Assembly: GCA_051893715.1 (NCBI GenBank)
Contig: JBJFHP010000100.1
Location: forward strand, 1 to 55,472
DNA length: 55,472 bases
From: Oscillospiraceae bacterium
Lineage (GTDB): Bacteria > Bacillota > Clostridia > Oscillospirales > Ruminococcaceae
Direction: 5' to 3'
This document shows, piece by piece, positions 8,915 to 18,213 of the stretch (positions are counted from its first letter, which is position 1; every line of letters starts with the position of its first letter). Made by a program: the position numbers and the translations under genes. The notes under the pieces are model-generated. The model saw only the letters and a list, made by a program, of their open reading frames with translations, was not told the origin of the DNA and searched no databases.

Positions 8915-9580
8915 ATGAACAAGGATTTTCCACGCGTGATGACGCTTCTGCGAAACGAGCGCGGGCTCAAACAGAAAGAAGCTGCGGAGCAGCTCGGGGT
9001 CACTCAGGCGCTGCTTTCTCATTATGAAAACGGAAAGCGCGAATGCGGACTTGATTTTCTTGTGAACGCCGCGAATTTTTACGGCGTATCGGTAGATTAC
9101 CTTCTCGGAAGGACAAGCTCCCGCAGCGGCACCGTTGTTGCAGAGCAGGAGCTGCCCGAAAATTCCGTTTCCGATAAATACGAGGGAAATCCTGCGGGCG
9201 CGGGCACGTTCTTCAAGAAAAAGCTGCTCACAAATGCGCTTGACGTTGTGTTCTCGCTTCTGATAAAGACGCGCAACGGCGAGCTTGCCAAATCGGTATG
9301 CTCCTACCTCACCACCGCCGTTTACCGCGCCTACCGCATGGTTTACAGCGCGGGCGGAAACAACGACGAGAAGAGCTTTGCCGTGCCTGCCGAAAACGTC
9401 GCGGGAGCGGTCACAGCCTCTCTTGCGCTTGAGGACATCAAGGCGCGCGCTGCCGCCAACGACGGCACTGCCGACGACAGGATAACGACAGTCCGCATAG
9501 AGCAGGAATATCAGAAGCAGTCTGCGGCGCTGTTTTCCGTTGTTACCACCGCGGAAAAGAACCTTGAAAAGCTCGGCTGA
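8915..9580 (+). CDS. XRE-family HTH transcriptional regulator with an unknown C-terminal domain
   Basis: LRNERGLKQKEAAEQLGVTQALLSHYENGKRE ... GVSVDYLLG. Confidence 0.9.
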   Translation: MNKDFPRVMTLLRNERGLKQKEAAEQLGVTQALLSHYENGKRECGLDFLVNAANFYGVSVDYLLGRTSSRSGTVVAEQELPENSVSDKYEGNPAGAGTFFKKKLLTNALDVVFSLLIKTRNGELAKSVCSYLTTAVYRAYRMVYSAGGNNDEKSFAVPAENVAGAVTASLALEDIKARAAANDGTADDRITTVRIEQEYQKQSAALFSVVTTAEKNLEKLG

Positions 9581-9594
9581 CATTTATCATATTT

Positions 9595-9622
9595 AAGGGA
9601 CGGTTCGCGCCGCCCCTTTTTT
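9595..9622 (+). terminator. intrinsic terminator
   Basis: AAGGGACGG-ttcgcg-CCGCCCCTT plus T-run. Confidence 0.7.
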
Positions 9623-9652
9623 GTGCCCTTTTATCCGGTGATAATGAGATTA

Positions 9653-10552
9653 CTATTCGTCCGCAAGCCCCATGTCCATGATAAAGCGGTCGCGGTTGCG
9701 CCAGTCCTCCTTGACCTTGACGAAGCATTGCAGGTTGACCTTTGCCCCGAGAAGCTCCTCGATATCCTTTCGCGCAAGCGAGCCGATCTGCTTTAGCCGC
9801 TCGCCGCCCTTTCCGATTATCATTCCCTTGTGGGAATCGCGCTCGCAGATAATGACCGCGCCGATGTCGATAATTTCCTCGTCGCCTTTCATGCGGGTTT
9901 TGAAGCTTTCTATTTCAACGGCGGTGCCGTGCGGTATTTCCTCGTTCATTGTCCAGAGAATTTTCTCGCGCACTATCTCCGAGCACATGAAGCGCTCGGT
10001 GCGGTCGGTCGCGATGTCGTCGGGGAAGAAGTGCTCGCCCTCGACGGCGTATTTCTCCAGCATATCAAGCAGCCCGTCGGTGTTTATGCGGTTCTTAACG
10101 CTTATCGGTATTACCTCCGCGAAGTCATACAGCGCCGAATACTGCGCGATAATCGGCAGGATATCCGACTTGTCCTTCAGCAGGTCTATCTTGTTAAGCA
10201 GCAGTATCACATCTGTTCCGTGCTGCGCGAAGGAGCGAATGAGCTGCTCCTCGACGGGGGAAATTTTCTTTGTAACGTCCGCCATGAGTATCGCGCAGTC
10301 AACGTCGTCGACGCTTGTCCTTATGGACTTCACCATGTGCTCGGACAGCTTTGTGCGCGCCCTGTGCATACCGGGGGTGTCAATAAATACGAACTGCGTG
10401 TCCCCGCGCGTCAGCACGCCGTTTATGCGGTTTCGGGTCGTCTGCGGCTTCTCGCTGACAATGGACACCTTCTCGCCGACGAGCAGGTTTGTCAGGGAGG
10501 ACTTGCCCGCGTTGGGACGTCCCGTTATTGCTATGAATGCATTTTTAGTCAT
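9653..10552 (-). CDS. era: GTPase Era
   Basis: GRPNAGKS, KPQTTR, DTPG, NKID; KH domain with IIGKGG. Confidence 0.97.
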   Translation of the reverse strand: MTKNAFIAITGRPNAGKSSLTNLLVGEKVSIVSEKPQTTRNRINGVLTRGDTQFVFIDTPGMHRARTKLSEHMVKSIRTSVDDVDCAILMADVTKKISPVEEQLIRSFAQHGTDVILLLNKIDLLKDKSDILPIIAQYSALYDFAEVIPISVKNRINTDGLLDMLEKYAVEGEHFFPDDIATDRTERFMCSEIVREKILWTMNEEIPHGTAVEIESFKTRMKGDEEIIDIGAVIICERDSHKGMIIGKGGERLKQIGSLARKDIEELLGAKVNLQCFVKVKEDWRNRDRFIMDMGLADE

Positions 10553-11706
10553 TACTTTTCTTCCTTACGCTTTTTATACTCCAGCCGAAATTCCTCGAAT
10601 ATCACCGGCATATCCCATGTGAACTCGTAGCCGAGCTCCGCGCCCTCCTCCGTGAAGAAGCTGACGTGGCTTTCGCGCCATTCCTCAAGCGAAGCGTCCT
10701 CGCCCTCCTTTGCCGCAAGCTCGAACGTGATATCCTTAAACGGGAGCACCCTCACTGCGGTGGTCTTGATAACGCAGCGCGGTACGCCGTCCCAGTCGGT
10801 TACAATGCTGTACTGACCCTTTACGGGCAGGGCGTCGCCCTCGATTTGGTATGCCGCAAGGCTGCTCGACGTTGCGCGCTTTTTCCCTTTTAATACCAGT
10901 CTTAACAGCTCGTTCGCCCAATATTCCGACATTTCAAAATGAAACACCTCGGCGTATTTCGTATCGTCGGTCAGATTTTTTGCCGCGAGAAATTCTTGCC
11001 AAAACTCCCTTATCTGATTGTCGATATACGCCTTGTACATATCGGGGCGCTTTTCCGCGGTCACGCGGAGCGACTCGCGCTGCTGCCATTCGGCGATTGT
11101 CTTGTGGTCGCCGTTGAGCAGCGTTTCGGGGACGGCGCGCCCGCGCCACACCTCGGGGCGGGTGTACTGCGGGTACTCGAGCAGCCCGCTGTAGTGGCTC
11201 TCGATGCTGTACGCGTCCTCGTTCGGGAGCACGCCCTTTTGCAGCCTTGCAACAGCGTCCGCGACGATAAGCGCGGGCAGCTCGCCGCCCGTGAGGACGT
11301 AATCCCCGACGGAAAGCTCCTCCGCGCCGAGCTCGTCCAGCACGCGCTTGTCAATGCCCTCGTAATGCCCGCAGAGAAGTATCAGCCCGTCCTCGGCGGC
11401 AAGCTCACGCACCTTTGCCTGCGTCAGTACCTGCCCCTGCGGGGACATATAGATTATCCTCGGGCGGGTCTTGTGCTGCGCGATTATCGCGCTCACGCAG
11501 TCGTAGACGGGCTGCGCCTGCATTACCATGCCGGTGCCGCCGCCGTAGGGCTTGTCGTCAACGCGGCGGTGCTTGTTCTCGGTGTATTTTCGTATATCGT
11601 GGGTGTAAATCTCGATAAAGCCGTTTTTTATGCCGCGCCCGATTATGCTTTCGCCGAGGACGCTGTCGCACATATCGGTGAACAGCGTTGCAATATCAAT
11701 CCGCAT
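10552..11706 (-). CDS. trmD: tRNA (guanine37-N1)-methyltransferase TrmD fused to a C-terminal ASCH domain (384 aa)
   Basis: VDDKPYGGGTGM, SPQG, CGHYEGID, SVGDYVLTGGE, LLEYPQYTRP. The frame continues into FWQEF...LVLKGKKRATSS...DWDGVPRCVIKT...EGEDASLEEWRESH...VIFEEF (ASCH/YhfF-like). The start overlaps the rimM stop. Confidence 0.93.
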   Translation of the reverse strand: MRIDIATLFTDMCDSVLGESIIGRGIKNGFIEIYTHDIRKYTENKHRRVDDKPYGGGTGMVMQAQPVYDCVSAIIAQHKTRPRIIYMSPQGQVLTQAKVRELAAEDGLILLCGHYEGIDKRVLDELGAEELSVGDYVLTGGELPALIVADAVARLQKGVLPNEDAYSIESHYSGLLEYPQYTRPEVWRGRAVPETLLNGDHKTIAEWQQRESLRVTAEKRPDMYKAYIDNQIREFWQEFLAAKNLTDDTKYAEVFHFEMSEYWANELLRLVLKGKKRATSSSLAAYQIEGDALPVKGQYSIVTDWDGVPRCVIKTTAVRVLPFKDITFELAAKEGEDASLEEWRESHVSFFTEEGAELGYEFTWDMPVIFEEFRLEYKKRKEEK

Positions 11707-12223
11707 CGCCGTTCTCCATGTCCTCAAACAGCCCGGGGAGCGGTCTGATGAGCATTTTCCCGCCCTCGACGTCCGTTTCGATGACCACCTCGTCAATGCA
11801 GGGGAACATAAGCTCCGAGCCGTCGGGCTGGCGCATGGAATAGACGTCGCTCGCGCCGTTCTGGTAAACGTCGGTGATCCTGCCGTAGACCTTGCCGCTG
11901 TCCGCGTCGATAACGGTGAGCCCGATTATGTCCTGAATAAAATAAAGCCCGTCCTCAAGCTCCGCGTCGTCGCGGTTGAGGTAGAGGAGCTTTCCGATAT
12001 AGGGCTGCGCTTCTTCTATGGTGTTTACCCCGTCGAATTTCATGACTACAATGTTTTTGTGGGGGTAAGCGCGGGTGATCGTAACGGGGGTCTTTCCCTT
12101 GTCGAGGTAAAGCGTGTCGAAGTCGCACAGCACCTCGGGGCTGTCGCAGTAATACTGGCAGCGCACCTCGCCGCGTATTCCCTGAACGGCGACTATCTTG
12201 CCTATTTCGAGAAACTGTTTCAT
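11696..12223 (-). CDS. rimM: ribosome maturation factor RimM
   Basis: IGKIVAVQGIRGEV, YFIQDIIGL, GASDVY; rimM-trmD synteny. Confidence 0.95.
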   Translation of the reverse strand: MKQFLEIGKIVAVQGIRGEVRCQYYCDSPEVLCDFDTLYLDKGKTPVTITRAYPHKNIVVMKFDGVNTIEEAQPYIGKLLYLNRDDAELEDGLYFIQDIIGLTVIDADSGKVYGRITDVYQNGASDVYSMRQPDGSELMFPCIDEVVIETDVEGGKMLIRPLPGLFEDMENGDAD

Positions 12224-12224
12224 A

Positions 12225-13658
12225 TCATTTACCCTTCTGCGGCGCTTTTCTGCCGCCTTTTTTGTTGAGAATAAGCTTTATCGCGCTGACGCAGGTCGTG
12301 AAATTCAACGCAACGATAATTATGAAAATAACGCAGTTTATGAGATTTTGCAGCAGCCCGTATTCAAGGAACATTACCGAAGCGGACATTGCCGCGATAA
12401 GAACAAGGTTAACCGCAATTTTCGCCCAGTAGACCTTCATATAAAGGTACTTCTTTGTGTCGTTTATGCGGAAAATGAACACGATGACATAGCTTGCGAG
12501 CGTTGCTATCGCCGCGCCTATTATTCCTATAAGATTTATCAGCAGCAGATTGAGCGCGATATTCACGGCGGCGCCGATTATTGAGCTGACGAGCGCATGG
12601 CTTGTTTTTTTGCTCGCCTCGTATATTGAGCTCAGGAAGTTGTTGAAGCTCTGGAATATTACCGCGCACAGCAGCAGCGGCACATAAAAATACGCCGGCT
12701 GGAAGTCCTCGCTGCCGAAAAACGGCATTATTATCGGGCGCAGCACCAGCATTATCCCCGACGCGGCAAGGAACATTACGGTCTGCATCATGCTGAATAT
12801 GTTGGTGTAGAAATTCGAAATGGTGCGGGAATTTCGCTCGGTTATGGCGGACATATGCCATGCCTGCGAGAATATCCCGACGACTATCGCCGCAAGATTG
12901 GGGAATTTGTAGGCGAAGGAATAAATACCGTTCGCGCTGCTTCCGAGGATACTTGTTATCATGAAGGTATCGGAAACGTTGACGATCCACCACATTACCG
13001 AGGTAGGCATGAGCGGGATACTGTACCGCAGCATACCGCGGTAAAGAGCCTTGTCGTTGCCGAACGGGCGGTATGTTTTGTACAGCTTCGCGGTGAACGT
13101 GAGGAATATGATGGAGGTGAGATCGCCGAGCGAAACCGAGAGGACATAGCCCAGAATGCCCATTTTGAAAAGCCCGAGGAAAAGCAGGTTGTACAATATC
13201 ATGGAAACGGTCGTGATAATTCCGTCTATCGCGAAAAGCCCGACCCTGCCGCTTGCGCGGACGTATATCCCGCAGATACCCTTTATGCTTCCGGTGCAGA
13301 CATAGACGAAAATCATCCATTCGTAGCCCTTCAGCATGGGAATAAGTCCGACGAGAGGCACCGCCGCCGCGAACAGGACAAGCCCGCACACCGCGACGTT
13401 AATGCCGATGGAAAACACCATTTTCCCGTTGTTCGCCTTGTCGAGGGCATAACGAAGAACGCCCTCGCTGATGGAAAGCGTTACAACGGAAATGAGCAGG
13501 GCGGAGGCGTTGATGATATTGTTGACGTCACCGAAGCCGTCCGTCCCGAGCATACTTGTGTAAAATCGCAGCATGAAATACACAAGCAGCTTGGAGCTGA
13601 ACTGACCGATAGCCAGAACAACGGTGTTGCTCGCCAGAGTCTGATATTTGTTCATCAA
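12225..13658 (-). CDS. Wzx-like polysaccharide flippase (MOP superfamily)
   Basis: About 12-14 TM segments; LRYSIPLMP, GIYSFAYKF, GIIGAAIATLASY. Confidence 0.85.
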   Translation of the reverse strand: MMNKYQTLASNTVVLAIGQFSSKLLVYFMLRFYTSMLGTDGFGDVNNIINASALLISVVTLSISEGVLRYALDKANNGKMVFSIGINVAVCGLVLFAAAVPLVGLIPMLKGYEWMIFVYVCTGSIKGICGIYVRASGRVGLFAIDGIITTVSMILYNLLFLGLFKMGILGYVLSVSLGDLTSIIFLTFTAKLYKTYRPFGNDKALYRGMLRYSIPLMPTSVMWWIVNVSDTFMITSILGSSANGIYSFAYKFPNLAAIVVGIFSQAWHMSAITERNSRTISNFYTNIFSMMQTVMFLAASGIMLVLRPIIMPFFGSEDFQPAYFYVPLLLCAVIFQSFNNFLSSIYEASKKTSHALVSSIIGAAVNIALNLLLINLIGIIGAAIATLASYVIVFIFRINDTKKYLYMKVYWAKIAVNLVLIAAMSASVMFLEYGLLQNLINCVIFIIIVALNFTTCVSAIKLILNKKGGRKAPQKGK

Positions 13659-13702
13659 TGAATAGTATCCTTTTATAAATCAAATTGCCGTTTTATACCG
13701 TG

Positions 13703-14158
13703 TCACGGCGTTCTGAGCTTTTCGAAAAACTCCGTCAGCACCGCCCCGCAGCGTTCCTTCAGCACCCTGCTGCGGACGAACGGTATATGCGTGAATTTCT
13801 CGTCAAAAAGCGCTGTCACCGAGGCGCACGCGCCGTTTTTGTCGTCAAACGCGCCGTAAACCAGCCGTTTCAGCCGCGCGTTCATGACCGCCCCCGCGCA
13901 CATGGGGCAGGGCTCCAGCGTTACATAAAGCGTGCAGTCGGTCAGCCGCCATGAGCCGAGGTGCTTTGCCGCCTGTTCGATGGCAATTATTTCCGCGTGG
14001 GCGGTGGGGGAGTTGGTGTGCTCGCGGAGGTTATAGCCCTCGCCGATAATATTCCCGTCGGGGTCAACGACTATCGCGCCGACGGGTATCTCGCCCATTG
14101 AGCCCGCCTTTTCCGCAAGCTCCAGCGCCCTTGTCATATACTCCTCGTCAGCCGTCAT
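13703..14158 (-). CDS. tadA: tRNA adenosine(34) deaminase
   Basis: EIPVGA, TAHAE, VTLEPCPMCAGA. ATG overlaps the upstream stop (ATGA). Confidence 0.92.
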   Translation of the reverse strand: MTADEEYMTRALELAEKAGSMGEIPVGAIVVDPDGNIIGEGYNLREHTNSPTAHAEIIAIEQAAKHLGSWRLTDCTLYVTLEPCPMCAGAVMNARLKRLVYGAFDDKNGACASVTALFDEKFTHIPFVRSRVLKERCGAVLTEFFEKLRTP

Positions 14159-17100
14159 GATATCCTGCGCAGCGCCTGAACGCCGAACGTGAGCAGCATA
14201 CAAGCGATGTTATACAACAGAATGAAGAAGCAGTTGAACATTGAATAATTGGTAAACAGCACGAAAATGACCGCGAGCAGGAAGCCGAGAAGAATGCCCG
14301 CCGTCTGCATGATGCAGCCGAAGGAGATCCTCTGACGCAGGTTCTTTGCAGCGTTTATCGCCTCTGCGAAAGCGGAGAATGTTCCGTTGCAGCACACGGC
14401 GGCGCTGCCCTGCGGGGTGAATTTCGTCTGTTCGGTGAACTGCTCGTGGAGCTCGAACGGGATAATGTGGACAGAGGACGCTTCAATGTCGAACAGCTCG
14501 GATATCGCGCAGGGAGTTATCATGCCGTCGACGGTCTTTATGATGAGGTCAACGCCGTGGCGGGCGAGCTTGCGCACGCTCTGCTTTACCTGCCTGTTGG
14601 CGGTTAACTCAACGAAGAACAGCAGGCACACCTCTCCGCCGACCGCAAGGTAAATGACCTCGTTGCCGTCCTTGTTGGCAGCCTGTTCCTTTTTCATGTC
14701 GGGAACGACTATCTGATGCGACTTCATGTGTTCGCGGTTGCCGAGGAGCACTCTGCGGCGGTCTATCCAGCCCATAACGCCGAGATTGTTTTCATAAACG
14801 CAGCCGCTGACGGGCTTCAGCAGCTCGCTCTTATTGTTCAGCATTCCGAAGAACGCCTCGGAAAGCACGCTTCCCGTTGCGGAGGCAAGGCTTGCCGCAT
14901 AGATTATCGCGTCGTCTATCGGCACCTTTGCGGTGCTGCCGTTGTGGTGCTTGTTGTAGTTCCAGATATTCTTTATTTTTACCGAAGCGGCGGGGAAGAG
15001 CGTGTCAGCCTCGACGAGCACGGAGTTGGTGTCGCTGAAGCATTCCGCGGCGCTGTAACCGAGTATGGCGGCGTTTTTCGCGGTGAGCTGCTTTGAAGCG
15101 GAGAGCATGGGCAGCGTTACCGTCATAGAGCCGCTGAACGCTGCGCCTATGGCGAAAATTGCCGTTGCCGCCGTGCAAGCCCATGAAACATTGTTCATGA
15201 CATACTGGCTCTCGCCCATGAGGAACGCGGCTAGACCCGCAGCGATAGCGGCGCATATCGTTATCGGCGTTATAATGCGGGATATCCTGTCGGAGGCGTC
15301 CTCGCAGTAGGTCGAGATGATGAAGTCGCAGAGGCATTCCGTTTTCCTCATGGAAGCCGCCGCGGGCATACCGGAGATCTCTCCCTTGACAAGCGCCGAA
15401 GCGCCCTCGTCGTCGACGCGCTGAACGGTGTATTTCGCAGCGTCGCCGGAAACAAAGGCGAAATTGCGCTGCGCAGCCTTGACGGTGCAGAGCTTGGATA
15501 TAGTGTTAAAGCAGAGCGCGGCGAGCGACACCATGAGGTAAACATGGGAGCGTCCGCGCTGTATATATTCCTCAAGGGAAAGGTAGGGGATAAGCGCCGC
15601 GATAGCCGTCACATGACACAGCGCGCAAAGCGTGTCCGCGTCTGGGCGTAGCTTTACGAGCCGCGCGAAGCCGTTCGAGATAACGCTGGAGCAGGCTGCG
15701 AAGCTCAGAATGCCTATCGTGAGGAAGGAATAGAGGTAGTAATCGGGGTTGGAGCGCTTGCTGATTATATTGCTGACAAAGCCGAGATCCCAGTTGAACT
15801 GATTTACAAGCGCTATGAAAAGCGCCGCGCAGAACAGCAGCGCGAGTATCACCAGCCTGCTGACAAGTCCCTTTGAAGCGCGGGCGAGGCGTTCGCGGAT
15901 AACGTTCTCGTCGTCGAGGTCGATCTCCTCTTCCTCCTCGTCGTAATCGTCCTCCTCTTCCTCGTCGCTTTCGCCCTCGCTGACGTCGTGCTCGATGTCC
16001 TCAAGAATGAAGTTGGAGATCTTGCGCTTCTTTTTCTGCGCAAGCTCGTCTGCCGCCTTTACCGCTTCTATCGCGTCCTGTTCTTCCCGATTGAACGCGG
16101 AGGTGTCTATAAACTGGCTGTCGCTGATGTTCAGCTTGAGGTCGGGGTGCTTCTGCGCTTCAAGGTCGCTGAGGGTCACGGTAGGCTCGGGGTTTTCCTC
16201 CTGCTGCTTTCTGACCTGCTCGCCCAGCGCGTCGACAAGCGACTCCTCGGCGCGGCGCTGCTTTGCTGCGGGGGTAAAAAGCACCGCGTCGGCGCGGCTG
16301 CCCGCGTTTACGCCGTCCGATTTCCTGCGCGAGGTGATGGGCGAATATTCCTTAACGCGTTCCTCGCCGTTCGCCATGCGCTTGAGGTCGTTCCCCGCAA
16401 CGGCGAGAGTGTCGCTGTAGTCGTTCGAGGGGGCGCTGCGCAGCTCCTCCGCTGCCTTTGCGCGCGAATCCATGGGGTTGAGCGAGTCGAGCATTTCGTC
16501 GGGGGTCTCCGCTTCTCTGTCCGCCTTGAGGAGCGCGCGGTTTATTTCCTCGATGCGCTGCTGCTTTTTCAGCTGCATCGTTTCCGTTGTAACAAGGTCG
16601 CCGCGGGTATGGAAGATGATGTCGTCGTCCTCCGCAACGTCGGGCTTGACGAACGGCTTTACATATTCGCTTTCGGGCTGCACGGGCGTGCCCTTTTTCT
16701 CCTTTTTGCCGCTGCGTGAAGGCTTTGCAGCCGTTTCTTCGGCGGGCTCGTCGGCGCGCTTCAGCTCGGAGAGGTGCTTTTTCTTCGCCTTGTCCGCGGC
16801 GGCGCTTATTTCTGCCGAGCGGCGCTCGTTGACCTCCTCCTCGCTGCGCTGTTTTGCGGCAAGGACAGAGCCATCGTCGCCGCGCCTGTTTTTGCGGGCG
16901 CGGGGAGCCTGTTCCGCTTCGCTTTCGTTTTTGTCGGAGGAACTTTCCTCGGTGCTGTGCCTGCTTTTGCGGGCGTCTGCGGGCTTGTCGGCAAGGCTTT
17001 CGCCGAGTATTTCGGTGACGCTGCCGTTGTAGCCGGAGCTGCTTTCGGAGCTGTCGGCTTTACGCTTGCTTTTCTGAGCGCGCAGAGCCTGTTCTATCTC

Positions 17101-17226
17101 GTTCCCGCCGATTATTTCGGTAACGCTGCCGTTGTAGCTGCCCTTGCTTTCGGAGTCGGACGAGCTGCGGCGCTTTTTGTCTACCTCGGCGAGAATGTCG
17201 TCTATGCTGTATTTATCGTCAGCCAT
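14155..17226 (-). CDS. 1023-aa membrane protein: charged disordered N-terminus plus degenerate P1B-type ATPase-like region
   Basis: P1B-like segments in order (NGFARLVKLRPDADTL; DRISRIITP; NAAILGYSAAECFSDTNSVLVEADTLF; LGVMGWIDRRRVLLGN; IYLAVGGE; GVDLIIKTVDG), but no DKTGT, TGE, CPC or GDGxND. Confidence 0.75.
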   Translation of the reverse strand: MADDKYSIDDILAEVDKKRRSSSDSESKGSYNGSVTEIIGGNEIEQALRAQKSKRKADSSESSSGYNGSVTEILGESLADKPADARKSRHSTEESSSDKNESEAEQAPRARKNRRGDDGSVLAAKQRSEEEVNERRSAEISAAADKAKKKHLSELKRADEPAEETAAKPSRSGKKEKKGTPVQPESEYVKPFVKPDVAEDDDIIFHTRGDLVTTETMQLKKQQRIEEINRALLKADREAETPDEMLDSLNPMDSRAKAAEELRSAPSNDYSDTLAVAGNDLKRMANGEERVKEYSPITSRRKSDGVNAGSRADAVLFTPAAKQRRAEESLVDALGEQVRKQQEENPEPTVTLSDLEAQKHPDLKLNISDSQFIDTSAFNREEQDAIEAVKAADELAQKKKRKISNFILEDIEHDVSEGESDEEEEDDYDEEEEEIDLDDENVIRERLARASKGLVSRLVILALLFCAALFIALVNQFNWDLGFVSNIISKRSNPDYYLYSFLTIGILSFAACSSVISNGFARLVKLRPDADTLCALCHVTAIAALIPYLSLEEYIQRGRSHVYLMVSLAALCFNTISKLCTVKAAQRNFAFVSGDAAKYTVQRVDDEGASALVKGEISGMPAAASMRKTECLCDFIISTYCEDASDRISRIITPITICAAIAAGLAAFLMGESQYVMNNVSWACTAATAIFAIGAAFSGSMTVTLPMLSASKQLTAKNAAILGYSAAECFSDTNSVLVEADTLFPAASVKIKNIWNYNKHHNGSTAKVPIDDAIIYAASLASATGSVLSEAFFGMLNNKSELLKPVSGCVYENNLGVMGWIDRRRVLLGNREHMKSHQIVVPDMKKEQAANKDGNEVIYLAVGGEVCLLFFVELTANRQVKQSVRKLARHGVDLIIKTVDGMITPCAISELFDIEASSVHIIPFELHEQFTEQTKFTPQGSAAVCCNGTFSAFAEAINAAKNLRQRISFGCIMQTAGILLGFLLAVIFVLFTNYSMFNCFFILLYNIACMLLTFGVQALRRIS

Positions 17227-17245
17227 TCTTTATTTCTCCCATAAA

Positions 17246-17980
17246 TTATTTTCGGTGCTTTATTACCTCGTACATCAGTATCCCTGCGGAAACCGACGCG
17301 TTGAGCGAGTTTACCTTTCCGTTCATCGGCAGCGACAGCACCATGTCGCAGTTTTCGCGGACGAGCCTGCCCAGCCCGAAGCCCTCCGAGCCGACGACTA
17401 TCGCCGTGCCGCCGCTGAGGTCAGCCTTGTCGTAGGGCGTACCGTCCGCCTCCATGCCGTATATCCAGATGTTATTTTCCTTTAGCTGTTTCATTGTGTC
17501 CACAAGGTTAGACACCCTTGCGACCTTTATCCATGCCGCCGCGCCTGCGGAGGTCTTGAATACCGTTGCGTTGAGCGACGCGCTGCGGCGCTTCGGGATT
17601 ATCACCCCGTCTGCGCCCGCCGCCTCTGCCGTTCTGATTATTGCGCCGAGATTATGCGGGTCGGCGATCTCGTCGCAGATGACGATGAACGGCGGCAGCC
17701 CTTTTTGCTTTGACACCGCGAGTATCTCCTCGACGGTGGAGTATGAGCAGGCGGCAAGCTGTGCCGCAACGCCGCCGTGCTTTGGCGTTCCCGCCATGGC
17801 GGTCAGCTTTTCGTCGCTGACTTCCTTGATGACCGCGCCGCGCTGTTTTGCAAGCGGGATCACCTTCCCGAGCGACAGCCCTTTCTGCACGAACACCGTG
17901 TCGATATCCGCGTCCGAGCCGAGCGCTTCGGTCACGGCGTTTCTGCCGTAGATGATTTTTATTTCCGTTTCCTGTTCCAT
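17246..17980 (-). CDS. rlmB: 23S rRNA (guanosine-2251-2'-O)-methyltransferase
   Basis: IYGRNAVTEAL, DPHNLGAIIRTA, KTSAGA, VGSEGFG, SLNASVSAG (SPOUT motifs). Confidence 0.95.
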   Translation of the reverse strand: MEQETEIKIIYGRNAVTEALGSDADIDTVFVQKGLSLGKVIPLAKQRGAVIKEVSDEKLTAMAGTPKHGGVAAQLAACSYSTVEEILAVSKQKGLPPFIVICDEIADPHNLGAIIRTAEAAGADGVIIPKRRSASLNATVFKTSAGAAAWIKVARVSNLVDTMKQLKENNIWIYGMEADGTPYDKADLSGGTAIVVGSEGFGLGRLVRENCDMVLSLPMNGKVNSLNASVSAGILMYEVIKHRK

Positions 17981-18213
17981 GTGTTATCCTCGTTTATCGT
18001 CAAGGGGCAGGCGCGCGGCATTTATGCTGTGCTGCCCGATACATAATCATACATTATTTATTATAACATAAAACGCTTCCTATTTCAACTATATATTGCG
18101 GTGAAATCGTGAAAATTTTACGAAAAATATGAATGGGCGCTATTGTTTTTTTGTTCTGCATATGCTATAATCATAATATGTTAATGTCAAATAAAAAGGA
18201 AAGATGTGAGAAA

